Source: the human T2T-CHM13v2.0 reference genome, Homo sapiens
Assembly (NCBI RefSeq): GCF_009914755.1
Contig: NC_060932.1
DNA length: 64,000 nucleotides
Reading direction: 5' to 3' (one strand)
A program made the translations under genes and the position numbers. Each line of letters opens with the position of its first letter. Positions within the stretch are counted from its first letter, which is position 1. The notes under the pieces are model-generated. The model had not been told where the DNA came from. It made no database searches and saw nothing but the letters and a program-made list of their open reading frames with translations. Below, piece by piece: positions 20,988 through 38,530 of the stretch.

Positions 20988-21137
20988 TCAACGAAGTGTG
21001 ACCAGCTCTTCTGAAGAGGTAGGGTGAATGGCGACTGTGTTGTCAAAGTCTGCCTTCGTTGCTCCCATCTTCACTGCAACAGCAAAACCCTGCAGCATTT
21101 CATCACACCCAAGTCCCTGCATATGGATCCCAACCAC
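20988..21137 (-). CDS. GSR: Glutathione reductase exon 13, coding part ([49 protein letters not shown])
   Basis: Inside ORF 20988..21254; cag acceptor; HPTSSEE catalytic His-Glu motif; TGA stop at 20988-20990. Confidence 0.98.
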   Translation of the reverse strand: MVGIHMQGLGCDEMLQGFAVAVKMGATKADFDNTVAIHPTSSEELVTLR

Positions 21138-21192
21138 CTGGGAAAAGAAGAGAAACATTTTCTTTTCTTTCTTCTTTTTTTTTTTTTTTTGA

Positions 21193-21351
<159 letters not shown>

Positions 21352-21663
21352 TAGCAGAGAGAGGGTTTCACCATGTTGGCCAGGCTGGTCTTGAACTCCT
21401 GGGCTCAAGTGATCCACCCACCTCAGCCTCCCAAAGTGCTGGGATTACAGGGGTGAGCCACGGTGTCTGACTGATATTGTGATCTTAATTGAACTTATAA
21501 AGAGCCTCTGGTGATGGCCAGCTCTTCATATTATTCCTCTCTATATAGCAGTTCTTAGTCTTGAGAAGAATGACAAATAATGTTTATCAACTGAATGAAT
21601 GATAACTGGCATGAAGAAATAACTAAGTAGGAGCCTTCATGATTCAATATCCAGAAATCATAG

Positions 21664-22203
<540 letters not shown>

Positions 22204-22372
22204 TGAAATATTATGAAGAACCCCAAAATGCAGGTAAGACAGATCAAAGTGGGCCTGTCCAGTTGAATCAGAAGGCTCAACTGCTTGGTCTCCCTCCTTT
22301 CCACCCCTGCAAAATACTGCCATCCCTGTCCATTTTGCAAGGCACTATTTAGTTTGCTGGATTTTTCCTTAC

Positions 22373-22506
22373 CTTTTCTTCCTTGTTAGCACAGACCATT
22401 TTCATCACACATTTTGTTTTCCTTTTGGTAACTGCGTGATACATCGGGGTAAAGCTCGTTGAATAGGTCTTCACATTTTCTATTCCATATTTATGAATGG
22501 CTTCAT
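22373..22506 (-). CDS. GSR: Glutathione reductase exon 12 (134 nt, [15 protein letters not shown]...[13 protein letters not shown])
   Basis: Inside ORF 22349..22531; tag acceptor and gtaag donor. Confidence 0.97.
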
Positions 22507-22667
22507 CTACAATGCACATTAAAAAAAGCATCTATCAGAAAACTAAACAATTACACTGAACTATCAAAGAGGGAGATGACCAGAAATACATAACCTCAAT
22601 CAAACCACGAGGAAATATCAAACCACGCCAAAATGAGAAGTATTCTACAAAATAAATGTCAGTGTCA

Positions 22668-22841
<174 letters not shown>

Positions 22842-23398
22842 TTAGCCAGGCATGGTGGTGGTGCAGGCCTGGTAGTCCCAGCTATTCGGGAGGCTGAGGC
22901 AGAAGAATTGCTTGAACCCAGAGGCGGAGGTTGCAGTGAGCAGAGATCGTGCCACTGCACTCCAGCCTGGGTGACAGTGGGAGAGCTTGTCTCAAAAAGA
23001 AAAAAAAAAAGAAAATGATACTCGGTTTATGTAAGGGCCAGTTCTTAGGAAAGATAGACATGTGTGTGTGTAGAGTGAAAAAATAAAAAAGCAAAAATAT
23101 TAAGGTTAGAGAGGAGTCCTTTGTATTATTTTTAGAGCTTTTCTTTAAATTTAAAATTAGTTCAAATAAAAAAGCTAAAAAAAAAAGATCAAAGAGATAG
23201 GGTGGTGTGAAGGAAAGATACTGTACACTCAAAGTAGTAGCAGGGGAGAAAACTGGAACTGTGACAAGAGAGTAACCAAAAAGCAATGTAATCTGGGGCT
23301 GAGATAGGTTTCATCAGCTGACAGAGACCTAATTTAAAGTTGGGGGCAGGGGAAAGAGGAAGGAAACCACAAATGACCTTCAGTTTTTAAATACCTAC

Positions 23399-23530
23399 CT
23401 TCCGTGAGTCCCACTGTCCCAATAGGGGGGTGGCTGAAGACCACAGTTGGGATGTTGTTATAATCTAATTTGGAATCTTCCTTATATTCAAAAAGTCGAT
23501 GGGCAAGTTTTCGGCCAGCAGCTATTGCAA
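23399..23530 (-). CDS. GSR: Glutathione reductase exon 11 (132 nt, [14 protein letters not shown]...[17 protein letters not shown])
   Basis: tag acceptor and gtaggt donor; start of the dimerisation domain. Confidence 0.97.
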
Positions 23531-23750
23531 CTATGGAGATATTTTAAAATCAGTGTTTATCTTACTGTCTGTTTTAACATAGCTAAATTGTTCCACTAGC
23601 CATTTATCCATCTACCTTAATGCCCTAGTTCTGACAGTTTCACACCATTGTTCATTACACTATCTAGATAGTTTAATACAGCGAAGATATGTCATGCCTC
23701 AGCGAACAACTCAAAATGATTGGCTTATGAGAATCCTATACATTCTATTA

Positions 23751-24082
23751 CAGGTTGAGCATCCCTAATCCAGAAATTCAAAATCCAAAATCCAAAATGT
23801 TGGAGCACCATGATGCCACAAGCAGAAAATTCCACACCTGACCTCATGTGAAGGGTTGCAGTCAAAAACGCAGACAAAAGTATGCCTCATGCACACATTT
23901 AAAATATCGTATAAAGTTACCTACCAACTATGTGTATAAGGTGTATGTAAAACAAATGAATTCCGTGTTTCGACTTGGGTCGCATCTGCAAAATATCTCA
24001 TTATATATATGCAAATATTCCAAAATCTGAAACTGAAAACACTTCTGGTCCCAAGCATTTCAGATAAGGGATGCTCAACCTG
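23751..24082. mobile_element. Tigger4/MER46 (Zombi) non-autonomous DNA transposon
   Basis: Perfect 16-bp terminal inverted repeats caggttgagcatccct (23751-23766) and agggatgctcaacctg (24067-24082); TA at the left flank. Confidence 0.85.
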
Positions 24083-24317
24083 TCTGGCCCCACTCCCAAA
24101 AGACACATTCACAAGTTCTCACTTACCTGGCAGTTAATCTACTTAATGAAGATATTAGCTTTTTAATACAATATTTATGGAACAAGCTATATTAGTTTTC
24201 AGCATCTTTAGTTCTATTTTATAACCCTAAAGTGCTGGAATTACAGGCATGAGCCACTGCGCCTAGAATCTTTATTATTATTATCATTATTATTATATTA
24301 TTATTTTTTTTTTTTAG

Positions 24318-24575
<258 letters not shown>

Positions 24576-25556
24576 TGAGCCACCGTGCCCAGCTGAATCT
24601 TTATTTTTTTAATACAGACAACATCTCACTATGTTGCCCAGCCTGGTCTCAAACTACTAGACTCAAGCGATCCCCCAACTTCAGCCTCTGAAAGTGATGG
24701 GAGCCACCACACCTAGCCAAGAGCAAGAACTTTCTAAAGGAGCTAAAAGGGTTTGGGTGTGTGACTGGTGTAGGTTTTCATCCTGATATAAGGCCCTGGG
24801 ACACGCTGGAATCGCTGATGAGGTTCTAGGTACAGACTGAAAGTAGATCAAGTGATCATTAATGGATAGAGATGGGACAGAGCTTGCAATGGTGCTTAGG
24901 AAGCGGGCTGAGGTGTGGGATGCCGGAGAGAAGGAAATCAGTCTTGGTTGTATCAAGACCAGTCATACAAGAATGACAATCTAGGCCATGTGTGGTGGCT
25001 CATGCCTGTAATCCTAACATTCTGGGAGGCTGAGGCAGGCAGTCTGCTTAAGCACAGGGGTTCAAGACAACATGGTAAAACCCTGTCTCTACAAAAAATG
25101 CACCTGTGATCCTAGCTACTTGGGAGTCTGAGGTGGGAGGATCACCTGAGCCCAGGAAGGTTGAAACTGCAGTGAGCCCGTGATCATGCCACTGCACTCC
25201 AGCCTGGGTAACAGAGTGTCTCCAAAAAAAAAAAAAATGCCAATCTAAATTACTTCTTCCAAATGCCACTTCCTTCCACTGCCACCAAGCACAAGTCTGC
25301 TCCTAAGAGAGTTCCGCAACGGGTGATCATATTGTCTACATGAAAACTTCAGTCTGTGCTAAGCATTTTAAGTCTTTTATTCAGATAATGTCAGGTATCC
25401 AACCAATATCTATTTCAACACATTGTACCATTTTGACAATATAAAGACACTCATCCTTTTAACTTTGCTTAAGCAGACTGCAGATTTGACAGTGAAGAGC
25501 CAGATGGATCATGTAACACGCAGACCCTCCCTCACCAAGAAGGGAAGAGACCTTAC

Positions 25557-25668
25557 CTGGAGTAAGAAGAGCTTTTCCACATACATCCCCAACTGCATAG
25601 ATGCCTTTGACGTTGGTATTCTGGAATTCGTCTACGATGATATGACCCTTGTCATCGGTTTGAATCCC
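25557..25668 (-). CDS. GSR: Glutathione reductase exon 10 (112 nt, [37 protein letters not shown])
   Basis: tag acceptor and gtaag donor; FAD-binding TxxxxIYAVGD motif. Confidence 0.98.
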
Positions 25669-26399
25669 CTAAAATTACAAAGAGATATCATGTAACCACT
25701 TGGCCCACCTACTAAAAAAGGTAGATCAAACCTCTGGATCTCCCTTCCTCATTTCACATGGGAACTGCAGCCAGAATCTCCAAGAAACCATGAGACTCAG
25801 CTGCAACACGAAAGGCATTTACAGCTGGCAAGTTTCAAGCTGGGTACAGTGGGCCCACACCTGTAACCCCAGAACTTTGAGAAGCCGAAGAGGGAGGATC
25901 CCTTAAGCCCAGGAGTTTGAGATCAGCTTGGGCAACACAGTGAGACCCTGCCTCTGTTAGAAATTAGAAAAAAAAAAGTTGGCAAGTTTCATATCTTGCT
26001 TAACATAAAAGGTAGTATTTTATCCACTTTTGAGATGTTTTAACAGGATTTGACATTGCAATGTACAATTCAACTGGCCAGGCAGACATGAAGAGGATCA
26101 CTCAACTATCAGGTGTGCCACTTGGAATCCCTCTGGAGTCCAGCTTTTCAACTTGTCCCATGGAAGCACTGCTCCTGAGGAACACTGACTCAAGCAGTCA
26201 CCAAAAGCATATCTATGTTTATTTAGTTTTTTTTTAGAGACAGGGTCTCGCTCTGTTACCCAGGCTGGAGTGCAGTGGTGTGATCATGGCTCACTGCAAT
26301 CTTGACCTCCTGGGCTTAAGCAATCCTCCTGCTTAGCCTCCCGAGTAGCTAGAACTAGAGGCATGTGCCATCACACCTGGATAATTTTTTAACATACAT

Positions 26400-26446
<47 letters not shown>

Positions 26447-27284
26447 TTGAGATGGAGTCTCGCTCTGTCGCCCAGGCTGGCGCGATCTAGGCTCTCTGCA
26501 AGCTCTGCCTCCCAGGTTCACGCCATTCTCCTGCCTCAGCCTCCCGAGTAGCTGGGACTACAGGTGCCCGCCGCCACACCCAGCTAATTTTTTTGTATTT
26601 TTAGTAGAGACGGGGTTTCACCATGTTAGCCAGGATGGTCTTGATCTCCTGACCTCGTGATCCACCTGCCTCGGCCTCCCAGAGTGTTGGGATTACAGGC
26701 GTGAACCACCACGCCTAGCCTTTTTAACATTTTTTTATAGAATAGGTCTTGCTGTTTCCCAGGCTGACCTCAAACTTCTGGCCTCAAGTGATCCTCACGC
26801 CTAGGTCTCCCAAAGCACTGGGGTTACAGGTGTGAGCCACCATGCCTGGCCAAAAGCACATTTCTATGAAGCTTACCATTTTGTCTTTAAAAATCCAAGC
26901 AACTTTTGCACTCTACTCTAAAACATACTGATGTTTTTTTCAGACTCCCAGAAGAAAAGTAAAAGCAAAACAAAACAAAAACACATATTGATGTTTCCCT
27001 TAACCAAAAATATTTTCCTATATGTAGTCAAATTTTTGCTTTAAGAAGACATGTTATGCTTATCATGTGGCTTTGCAAATCCTAAGTATATATGAGAAGT
27101 AGAGATATGGCAGAAGTAGGAAGTAAGTAGCCACAGAGCTTAAGAGTACAACTGGCCAGGCGCAGTGGTTCAGGCCTGTAAATCCTAGCACTTCGGGAGG
27201 CCAAGGCGGGCGGATCACCTGAGGTCAGGAGTTTGAGACCAGCCTGGCCAACATGGTGAAACCCTGTCTCTACTAAAAATACTA

Positions 27285-27527
<243 letters not shown>

Positions 27528-28259
27528 TTACCGGTTATGAGACCTTGTATAACCACCTGTTTATCAACAAATATTTAAGCTTCTATTACAAATGAGACTT
27601 TGACTTCATCACTGAGAATACCATGGTAAGACAGACATTCTCCCTACACCATAGAGTTTACAGCCCAGTAAATTATCTAGTATCTCTGTGCTCCTGGCTT
27701 CCTTATACCTTGCCGGTTGTTGGCAAGATTAAATTAGATTAGTAACATGTTGACAAGACCTAGCACATAGTAATCACTCAATTTGCATTATATAAATATA
27801 TCTTAATGTCAAATGAGACTGAACCTTTTTTTTTTGCCTCATTCTTCAAAAATTTAGCAAATATAGGCTGGGTGCAATGGCTCATGCCTGTAATCCCAGC
27901 ACTTTGGGAAGCTGAGGTGGAAGGATCGCTTGAGCCCAGTTCAAAATTAGCCTGGGTAATACAGCGAGACCTTGTGTCTACAAAAATTTTTTTTAAAAAT
28001 TAGCCAGGTGTGGTGGACCACGCCTGTAGTTCCTACTACTTGGGAGACTAAGGTAGAAGGATGGCTTGAGCCCAGGAGTTTGATGCTGCAAGGATGCAGT
28101 GAGCCATGATGGCACCACTGTACTCCAGCCTAGGTGACAGAGCAAGACCCTATCCAACCCCCCCAAAAAAAGTTAGCAAATTTAGTTGAAAACTGGACCT
28201 ATCAGTGCTTACATCTGTACAATGGCAAAATATCTCTTGAAAGGTGAAAAGCTGAATGA

Positions 28260-28629
<370 letters not shown>

Positions 28630-28797
28630 TAATTTTACTAAATGTCATTGAATAAGATTACAAACAATCAAAACATCTCCCTGAATATTTTATAAGTTAA
28701 CATGCAGAAAAATGACCTTTTACAGAAACAGAAAAGGAATCCACATTACAACAGGAACTTAGTATTAGAACATAAGTCAAAAGGTATACACTGCTCA

Positions 28798-29025
<228 letters not shown>

Positions 29026-30622
29026 CTAGAACCCAGGAGGCAGAGGTTGCAGTGAGCTAGATCACAACACTGTACTCCAGCCTGGGCAACACGGCAAGAC
29101 TCTGTCTCAAAACAAACAAACAAACAAACAAACAAACAAAAAAACCCAGAACAAAATAAATATATGCACCTCAAACATAAAATATCCTATTATTACTAAT
29201 AGAGTAGTATAGCATATCAGAAAAATCATCATCATTATCAATAGCAGGTGAACATTCATTGTGTTCATAATGTAAGCTAGGGTCTCAGTTATAAATTACT
29301 TTGCATGCACTTTTTCATTTACTCTTCTGTATAACCCAATGAGGCAAGAACTTTTTTCATTCCCATTGTGAATATGAACCACTTGAAGCAGAGAAATTAA
29401 GCTGCTTGCTCAAAGCCATGCAACTGTTATGTTGTAAGAACTAAGGTTCAAATTTGGGTCAAACTCTGGGAACCAAACCCCAAGCTCCCATTCTAGATTT
29501 TACTTCAACATTTAAAAGAACAAGTAAGAATGCCAACTGTCCACAAATACAGACAGCACGGGTAGAGCCAAGAGAGACAGCTTCACATCTGTTCCCATCC
29601 CTGTGTACAATGTACAAGACAGTTACCCACCCAGCAATCTGGATTACCTACTACAGATGCTAAAAGATCAGCATAGGACTTGAAAGAGACATTCACATAG
29701 CAAAAACGAAGTCTGTAAGAGGGAGGCCAATAGGAAACTAGGTTAGAGGTGGCAGGCCGGCTGGGCATGGAGGCTCATGTTTATAATCCGAGCACTTTGG
29801 GAGGCCGAGGTGGAAGGATCACTTGAGGCCAGGAGTTCAAGAGCAGCCTGGGCAACATAGTAAGACTCCATCTCTACAGAAAACTTAAAAATTAGCCAGG
29901 TGTGGTGGCACATTCCTGTAGCTCCAGCTACTTGGGAAGCTGAGGCAGAAGGATCAGTTGACCCCAGGAATTCAAGACTGCAGTGAGCTATGATCATGCC
30001 ACTGTACACTAGCCTGGGTGACAAAGCAAGACCCTGTCTCAAAAAAAAAAAAAAAAAAAAGGAAAGAAAACAAAAAAGAAAAAGGCCAGACGTGGCGGCC
30101 TTTTTCTGGGACATGCTGGGACATGCCTATAGTCCCAGCACTCTGGGAGGCTGAGATGGGCGAATCGCTTGAGCCGAGGAGACCAGCCTGGGCAACATGG
30201 TGAAACCTCATCTCTAAAAAAAATAAAAATAAAAAAATTAGCTGGGCATTGTGGCACACACATAGTTCCATCTACTCCAGAAGCTGAGGTGGGTGGATCA
30301 CTTGAGCCTAGGAGGTTAAGACTGCGGTGAGCTATGATCACACCACTGAACTCCAGCCTGGGTGACAGAGCAAGACCTTTCTCAAAAACAAAAAGAAAAA
30401 AACAAAAACAGAAAAGAAAGGAAAAGGAAAGAAGAGAAGAGAAAACTTTTTTTTTTAATTTCAAAGGAAGAAGCAATGAAATTTGATCACAAACTGAATA
30501 CACGGGAAAAAGAGAAAAGAATCCAATGGAATCCACCCAAGTTTTGGGTGTCTGGGGGGAAAATAAAACCATAAGACTCCTAGTAGATTCACAAATGTTT
30601 CGGGCAGACCAAGCCAGCTTAC

Positions 30623-30781
30623 CAGTTTGTTTAAACTCAGGTCCTTGGTATTCGGGACCCGCCCAATGGCCCAGAGCAGGCAGTCAACATCTGGAATCAT
30701 GGTCATGACTGGTAGCCTACCGGGAACTGCAGTAACCATGCTGACTTCCAAGCCCGACAAAGTCTTTTTAACCTCCTTGAC
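30623..30781 (-). CDS. GSR: Glutathione reductase exon 9 (159 nt, [10 protein letters not shown]...[21 protein letters not shown])
   Basis: Overlaps ORF 30461..30760; tag acceptor and gtaag donor. Confidence 0.97.
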
Positions 30782-31189
30782 CTATTGGCAAATAAAATGT
30801 GTTACACATGTGTGGAGGCTCAGGGAGGACAGGGGAAGAAGGAAAGCAAATACAGAGGAAACTAGAATTTTTAACATTAAAGAAAATCCCTACTGAATCC
30901 CACATACAAAGATAGACATAAACTTTTACCCAAAGGCCACCAACACTTGAACTCCCTTAAACCAAGCCTGTTCCCTGGGTTGACCCAAATCTTCCAGTCA
31001 GTGGCTGGGAATGTCAGCTCATGACACCATTGTAATGCCTCACTTTAAAAACAAAGTATTTTAAAGTGTACTTCTGGAAAAATGTAATAACATTTTAAGT
31101 GGTAAACCTAAGCATAGTGCTTTGAAAGTAGGCCACGGCAGCATCACTAGGAAACTTTTCAAAACTGCACAATTAGTGCCTCTCCCTGG

Positions 31190-31650
31190 GTATATACGTG
31201 TGTGTGTGTATATATATATATATACACACACACATATATATATAAAATAAATATACGTATATTTATATATAAATATATTTATATATGTAAAATAAACATA
31301 TGCATATTATATATAAATATATTTATATATAAATATATGTATATTATATATAAATTATATTTTTATTAAATATATGTATTTAATGTTTTTATTAAATATA
31401 TGTATTAAATATATGTATATTTTTATTTATTATATATATAAATGTATATATATGTATATTTATATACATATATTATATAATACGTATATTTATATATGTA
31501 TATTATATATAAATATACATATAAATAAAATATACATATATAAAATATAAATATATAAATAAAATATACATATATAAATCTATTTATATAAATATACATT
31601 TACATATAAATAAAATAATATATTTATTTATTTATTTATTTATTTATTTT
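31190..31650. repeat. AT-rich low-complexity (TA)n tract in GSR intron 8
   Basis: ~450 bp almost entirely A/T, ending in the (TTTA)n tail of an Alu. Confidence 0.95.
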
Positions 31651-32563
31651 TCTTTAAGAGACAGGGTCTTGCTCTGTTGCCCAGGCTGGAGTGCAGTGGC
31701 AAGATCAGCCTCCTGGACTCAAGCTCTCCTCCCACTTCAGCCTCCTGGGTAGCTAGGACAACAGGCACGTGCTACCTCATCTGGCTAATTTTTAAATTTT
31801 TCATAGAGATGGCATCTTGTTATGTTGCCCAGGCTGGTCTCTAACTCATGGCCTCAACTGATTCTCCTCCTGCCTTGGCCTTGCAAGTGCTGGGATTACA
31901 GGTGTGAGCCACTGTGCCTGGGATCTCTGTATATTCTTAATTGGAATGAAGGAAAGTAAGACTTGGGTTTGGAGAGTGGAGAAAATAAATAGTTTACTGA
32001 AGGTCCTAAGGTGGTTATGATGGTAGCCTCCTCCACCAGCCGAGCATTTTTACATTCACAATTTTATTTGATGTGGTCTATACTGAAAAGGTGAGGCTAT
32101 GTGGGGGAAGGGAAGATCATTTTTAAAAGGCTAATTCTCTAGGAAAATACTGCCTGAAATTCAAGTGATTGCTTGAGGAATAAAGCACTTTGTAATTCTT
32201 TCTAACTACAAAATTCAAAGGGTATGATTTAAAATTAGATTCTAGGCTGGACATGGTGGCTCACACCTGTAATCTCAACACTTTGGGAGGCCGAGGCTAG
32301 AGGATCACTTGAGCTCATGAGTTTGAGAACAGCCTGGGCAACATAGTGAGACTCCATGTCTACAAAAATTTTTTTTTTAATTAGCCAGGCATGGTGGCAT
32401 GCACCTGTAGAAGCTAGGTGGGAGGATTGCTTGAGCCCAGGAGTTGGAGACTGCAGTGAGCAATGATCATGGAACTGCACTACAGCCTGGGCAACACAGC
32501 AAGACCTTGTGTCAAGAAAAATAATTTTAAAAATGAAAGATAGAGGCCAGGCATGGTGGCTCA

Positions 32564-32920
<357 letters not shown>

Positions 32921-33942
32921 TCACTTGAGGTCAGGAGTTGGAGACCAGCCTGGCCAAAATGGTGAAACCCCGTCTCTACTGAAAATACAAAAATTAGCCA
33001 GGCATGGTGGTGCGTGACTGTAATCCCAGCTACTCAGGAGGCTGAGGCAGGAGAATCCCTTGAATCTAGGAGGCAGAGGTTGCAGTGAGCCGAGATGGCA
33101 CCACTGCACTCCAGCCTGAGCAACAGAGAGAAATTCTATCTCAAAAAAAAAAAAGATAAAAATTAGATTCCATAATATTTCCTAAAAAATAAATATAAAT
33201 CTAAAAATATTAAGGATGTGTAATAAGACACCTGAGCACAAAAATCAAAGTTTTAAAATCCAAATTTAAAAAATCAGGGGCCGGGTGTGGTGGGTCACAC
33301 CTGTAATCCTTACACTTTGGGAGGCCAAGGTGGGCAGATAGTCTCAGCTCAGGAGTTCAAGACCAGCCTGGCCAACATGGCTCAACCCTATCTTTACAAA
33401 AAATACAAAAAAATTAGCCAGGCGTGGTGGCATGTGCCTGTAGTCCCAGCTACTTGGTGGGGGCAGAGGTGGAAGGATTGCTTGAGCCCAGGAGGTTGAG
33501 GCTGCAGTGAGCTGAGATTGCACCAATGCACTCCAGCCTGGGTGACAAAGTGAGACACTGTCTCAAAAAGAAAAAAAAAAATCAAAGTTCATCTAAATTC
33601 AACTGCCAGATTTCTAATATTTTACCCTTGACTTCAAGGCTGTAATGTAAAATACAGCTTTTTTTTTTTTTTTTTTTTTTTTTTGAGATGGACTCTCGCT
33701 CTTGTTGCCCAGGCTGGAATGCAATGGCACAATCTCAGCTCACCACAACCTCCACCTCCTGAGTTCAAGTGATGCTCCTGCCCCGAGTAGCTGGAATTAC
33801 AGGCATGCGCCACCACGCCCAGCTAATTTTGTATTTTTGGTAGAGATGGAGTTTCTCCATGTTGGTCAGGCTGGTCTCAAACTCCCAACCTCAGGTGATC
33901 CGCCTGCCTCGACCTCCCAAAGTGCTGGGATAACAGGTGTGA

Positions 33943-34389
<447 letters not shown>

Positions 34390-34433
34390 TGATTGACTGG
34401 GGGCCGCGTGCATGCCTGGGCTTGGCACTGTAC

Positions 34434-34520
34434 CTGGGAGAACTTCAGCACCTCCACGCCAGCGTTCTCCAGCTCCTCCGTGCAGTTGGTGCTGATCATT
34501 GAATCAAAACTTCTAAGTAC
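34434..34520 (-). CDS. GSR: Glutathione reductase exon 8 (87 nt, [29 protein letters not shown])
   Basis: Visible inside ORF 34239..34646; cag acceptor and gtacag donor. Confidence 0.97.
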
Positions 34521-34990
34521 CTGCATATCAACATAGGGATGGGTAATGCGAGAGGAAGAAAACTTGAGCAAAGACACACCACAAACTTGGGAGGGAAACT
34601 TCAGCATTATCTCTCCCCTAATTATTTCCTCCTTACTTATGGCCATATTGGGAGTGGAGTATTAATAAATTCCCTATTTTCCTACATCACCACCACCATC
34701 TGCAATACATATGACTTCACCAACTCCTGTCCTACAGTTAAATGGACAGCCATTGTCCACTGTCTTCTCCTCACAAAGCTTGCTTCTCTTTTCCTTAAGT
34801 CCAGGGAACAGAAATTCTCTTTCCACTTTTCGTATCTCAAGGTCTGCTTTCCCTCTGATATGATTGAAGGGAAGATTTACTAGCAAAATCTTGTCTAGCC
34901 ATAAATCTCAACAGTATGGCCTTGGAGATATATCTGTGACCATCCACATGTGGAGTTCAGGTGGGAGGTCATGAGTTATTCACAGAGTAG

Positions 34991-35230
<240 letters not shown>

Positions 35231-35709
35231 TGATCCGCCCACCTAGGCCTCCCAAAGTGCTGGGATTATAGGTGTGAGCCACCATGCCCACCCACAGAGT
35301 AGCTCTAAAATGGAGTTAACACTGGGAAAAAAAGGGAGAATGAACTTGGTGCATTTGGGATGGGAGAGGGCAGGAAGCCCAAGTAGATGTGGCTCTCTGC
35401 AAAGTAGCCAATTTTACAGATGCAAGAATTACCCCCTTTATTGACAGACTGCTGCAGTTTATTTACTTATCTATATATAAATTCAAGCTAGGAACTCCTC
35501 TACCTTTCCCCATCCTTCTAATTTGCTGGATATATTCTAGCAAAATAATACTTACCTATGAAAAAATATTATTCAGGACCTCAATCTCCTGGAGCTAATT
35601 ATATAACCAGTTTCAAAGCCACAGAGAAAGTTCCTTAAAGTACATACTGCCTAGGATTCTCAGAATCCCTGTCTCCCTCCATCTGCTCACATAAGAATTA
35701 GAATCATAG

Positions 35710-35946
<237 letters not shown>

Positions 35947-36584
35947 TAATTTTTTGTAGTAGAGATGGGGGTCTCACTATGTTGCCCAGGTTGGTCTTGA
36001 ACTCCACCTGCTACTTGGGAGGCTGAGGCAGGAGGATAGCTTGAGGCCAGGAGTTCGAGACCAGCCTGGGCAACATAGTAAGACCTCATCTCTAAAAATA
36101 TATAAAAAGTAGTCAGGTGGCGCATGCCTGTAATCCCAAGCACTTTGGGAGGCCGAGGTGGGCGGATCACTTGAGCTCAGGAGTTTGAGACCAGCCTGGG
36201 CAACATGGTGAAACCTCACTGGGTGTGGTGGCATGTTCCTGTAGTCCTGGCTATTTGGGAGGCTGGGGTGGGAAGATCGCTTGAGCCCAGAAGGTTGAGG
36301 CTGCAATGAGCCATGATGTGCCACCGCACTCTAGCCTGGGCAACACAGTGAGACTCTGTCTCAAAAAAAAAAAAAAAAAAAAAATTAGTCAGGGCATGGT
36401 GGCCCACACCTGTAGCCTCAGCTACTTGGAAGGCTGAGGCAGGAAAATCCTATGAGCTCAGAAGGCTGCAGTGAGCTATGATCATGCCACTGTACTGCAG
36501 ACTGGGTAACATAGCAAGACTCTGTCTCTTAAAAAAAAAAAAAATTTCAAGTGTATGATCTACAAGATTCCCTTTAATGTAAGC

Positions 36585-37122
36585 TCGTTCGACCTGCAGC
36601 CTGCAGGCCGTGTGCGGACCAGGATGACTTTGAATGTGGCCCAACACAAATTTGTACACTTTCTTAAAATGCTATGAGATTTTTTTGCAGTTTTTTTGTT
36701 TTGTTTTGTTTTTTGTTTTGAGACAGAGTCTTGCTCTGTTGCCCAGGCTGGAGTGCAGTGGTGCAATCTTGGCTCTCTGCAACCTCTGCCTCTTGGGTTC
36801 AGGCGATTCTTATGCCTCAGCCTCCCGTGTAGCTGTGATTAGTTGCCTGCCACCATGCCTGGATAATTTTTGGATTTTTAGTAGAGATGGGGTTTCACCA
36901 TGTTGGCCAGGCTGGTCTCCAACTCCTGACCTCAAGTGATCCGCCCGCCTCAGCCTCCCAAAGTGCTGGGAATTAGAGGCGTGAGCCACTGTGCCCAGTC
37001 TGCAATTTATTTTTTTATTAGCTCATCAGCTATTGTTTGTGTTAGTGTATTTTATGTGTAGTCCAAGACAATTCTACTCCTTCCAGTGTGGCTCAGGGAA
37101 GCCAAAAGATTGGACACCCCTG
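36585..37122. mobile_element. MER30 hAT-Charlie element split by an Alu
   Basis: ctttgaatgtggcccaacacaaatttgta...agctcatcagctatt...cagggaagccaaaagattggacacccctg. Confidence 0.75.
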
Positions 37123-37219
37123 CTTTAATGCAAAGAATTTAGTAAATTGTTTAGAATGAGTGGTAACAATCTAACATTACTTGATCATATAAAATTGATT
37201 TCCAGAAATTAATAAATTA

Positions 37220-37534
<315 letters not shown>

Positions 37535-37845
37535 CTAACAGTCTGTTTAATTTAGCTAATAGTTATGTTTAGGCCCCACGTCTCCCTATGAGGGCATCTC
37601 ATGACTATCTACCACTTAGTGATGAAATTACCAGCCAATTTGACCAACTCAAAATTATCATCATCAACCAGCAACTGGGAGGGATATAGGCCAAATTCAG
37701 GTAACTTGGATACAGCACCATATGAAACCAACCAAATGACCCCCACACCTGCTTTGCACCCTAGTATTTAACGACAACATAAGAAAAAATTCTTCATTTT
37801 TTAAATTAACATCAAGAAAAGCGAAAAGAAAAAGGTGGCATTTAC

Positions 37846-37945
37846 CTTATCATGCCGTATCATCAGTGATGTCTTAGAACCCAGGGCTGACAGGATCCCT
37901 GCCATCTCCACAGCAATGTAACCTGCACCAACAATGACGCTGCGG
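37846..37945 (-). CDS. GSR: Glutathione reductase exon 7 (100 nt, [33 protein letters not shown])
   Basis: cag acceptor and gtaaa donor; NADPH-binding GxGxxA fingerprint (GAGYIA). Confidence 0.98.
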
Positions 37946-37974
37946 CTGAGACGCGAGCAGAGGGTTAGTATTCT

Positions 37975-38530
37975 TAAATAAACTAATTTTGGAATAATTT
38001 CACGTTTACAGAAAAGTTGCAGAGATAGTACAGAGATTTCCCTTATTATACCCCTTGATCAGTTTTCCCTAAAGTTAATATTTTACTTAATTAGGATACC
38101 TTTGTCAAAATAAGAAATTGACATTGGTACATTACTAATGACTAAACCCTAGACTGCAGATTTTCACTTTTTCCCTTTTTTTTGAGACAGGGTCTCTGTC
38201 ACCCAGGCTGGAGTGTAGTGGTGTGAACACGGCTCACTGCAGCCTCAACCTCCAGGACTCAAGCCATCCTCCAGCCTCAGCCTCCTGAGTAGCTGGGACT
38301 ACAGACATTCATCGCCACACCCAGCTAAGTTTTATATTTTCTTTTGTAGAGACAGAGTCTCACCATGTTAGCCCAGGCTAGTCTTAGCTCCTGGGCTCAA
38401 GCAATGCTCTTACCTTGGCCTCCCAAAGTGCCGGCATTACAGGTGTAAGCTACCTTGCCTAGCCCAGTTTTTCTATTAATCTTTTTTTTTTTCTGTTCCA
38501 AGATCCAATCCTGGATACCACTGCAACTTT
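37975..38530 (-). mobile_element. Old L1 (L1MC/MD-like) 3' fragment with an Alu, next to the exon 7 acceptor
   Basis: tttacagaaaagttgcagagatagtacagag...aaattgacattggtaca. Confidence 0.55.

Noticed and set aside
20940-20990. UGA stop as a possible selenocysteine codon, as in thioredoxin reductase paralogues
   Set aside because: The C-terminus ends VTLR with no Gly-Cys-Sec-Gly extension, I recognise no SECIS element, and it matches the known GSR end
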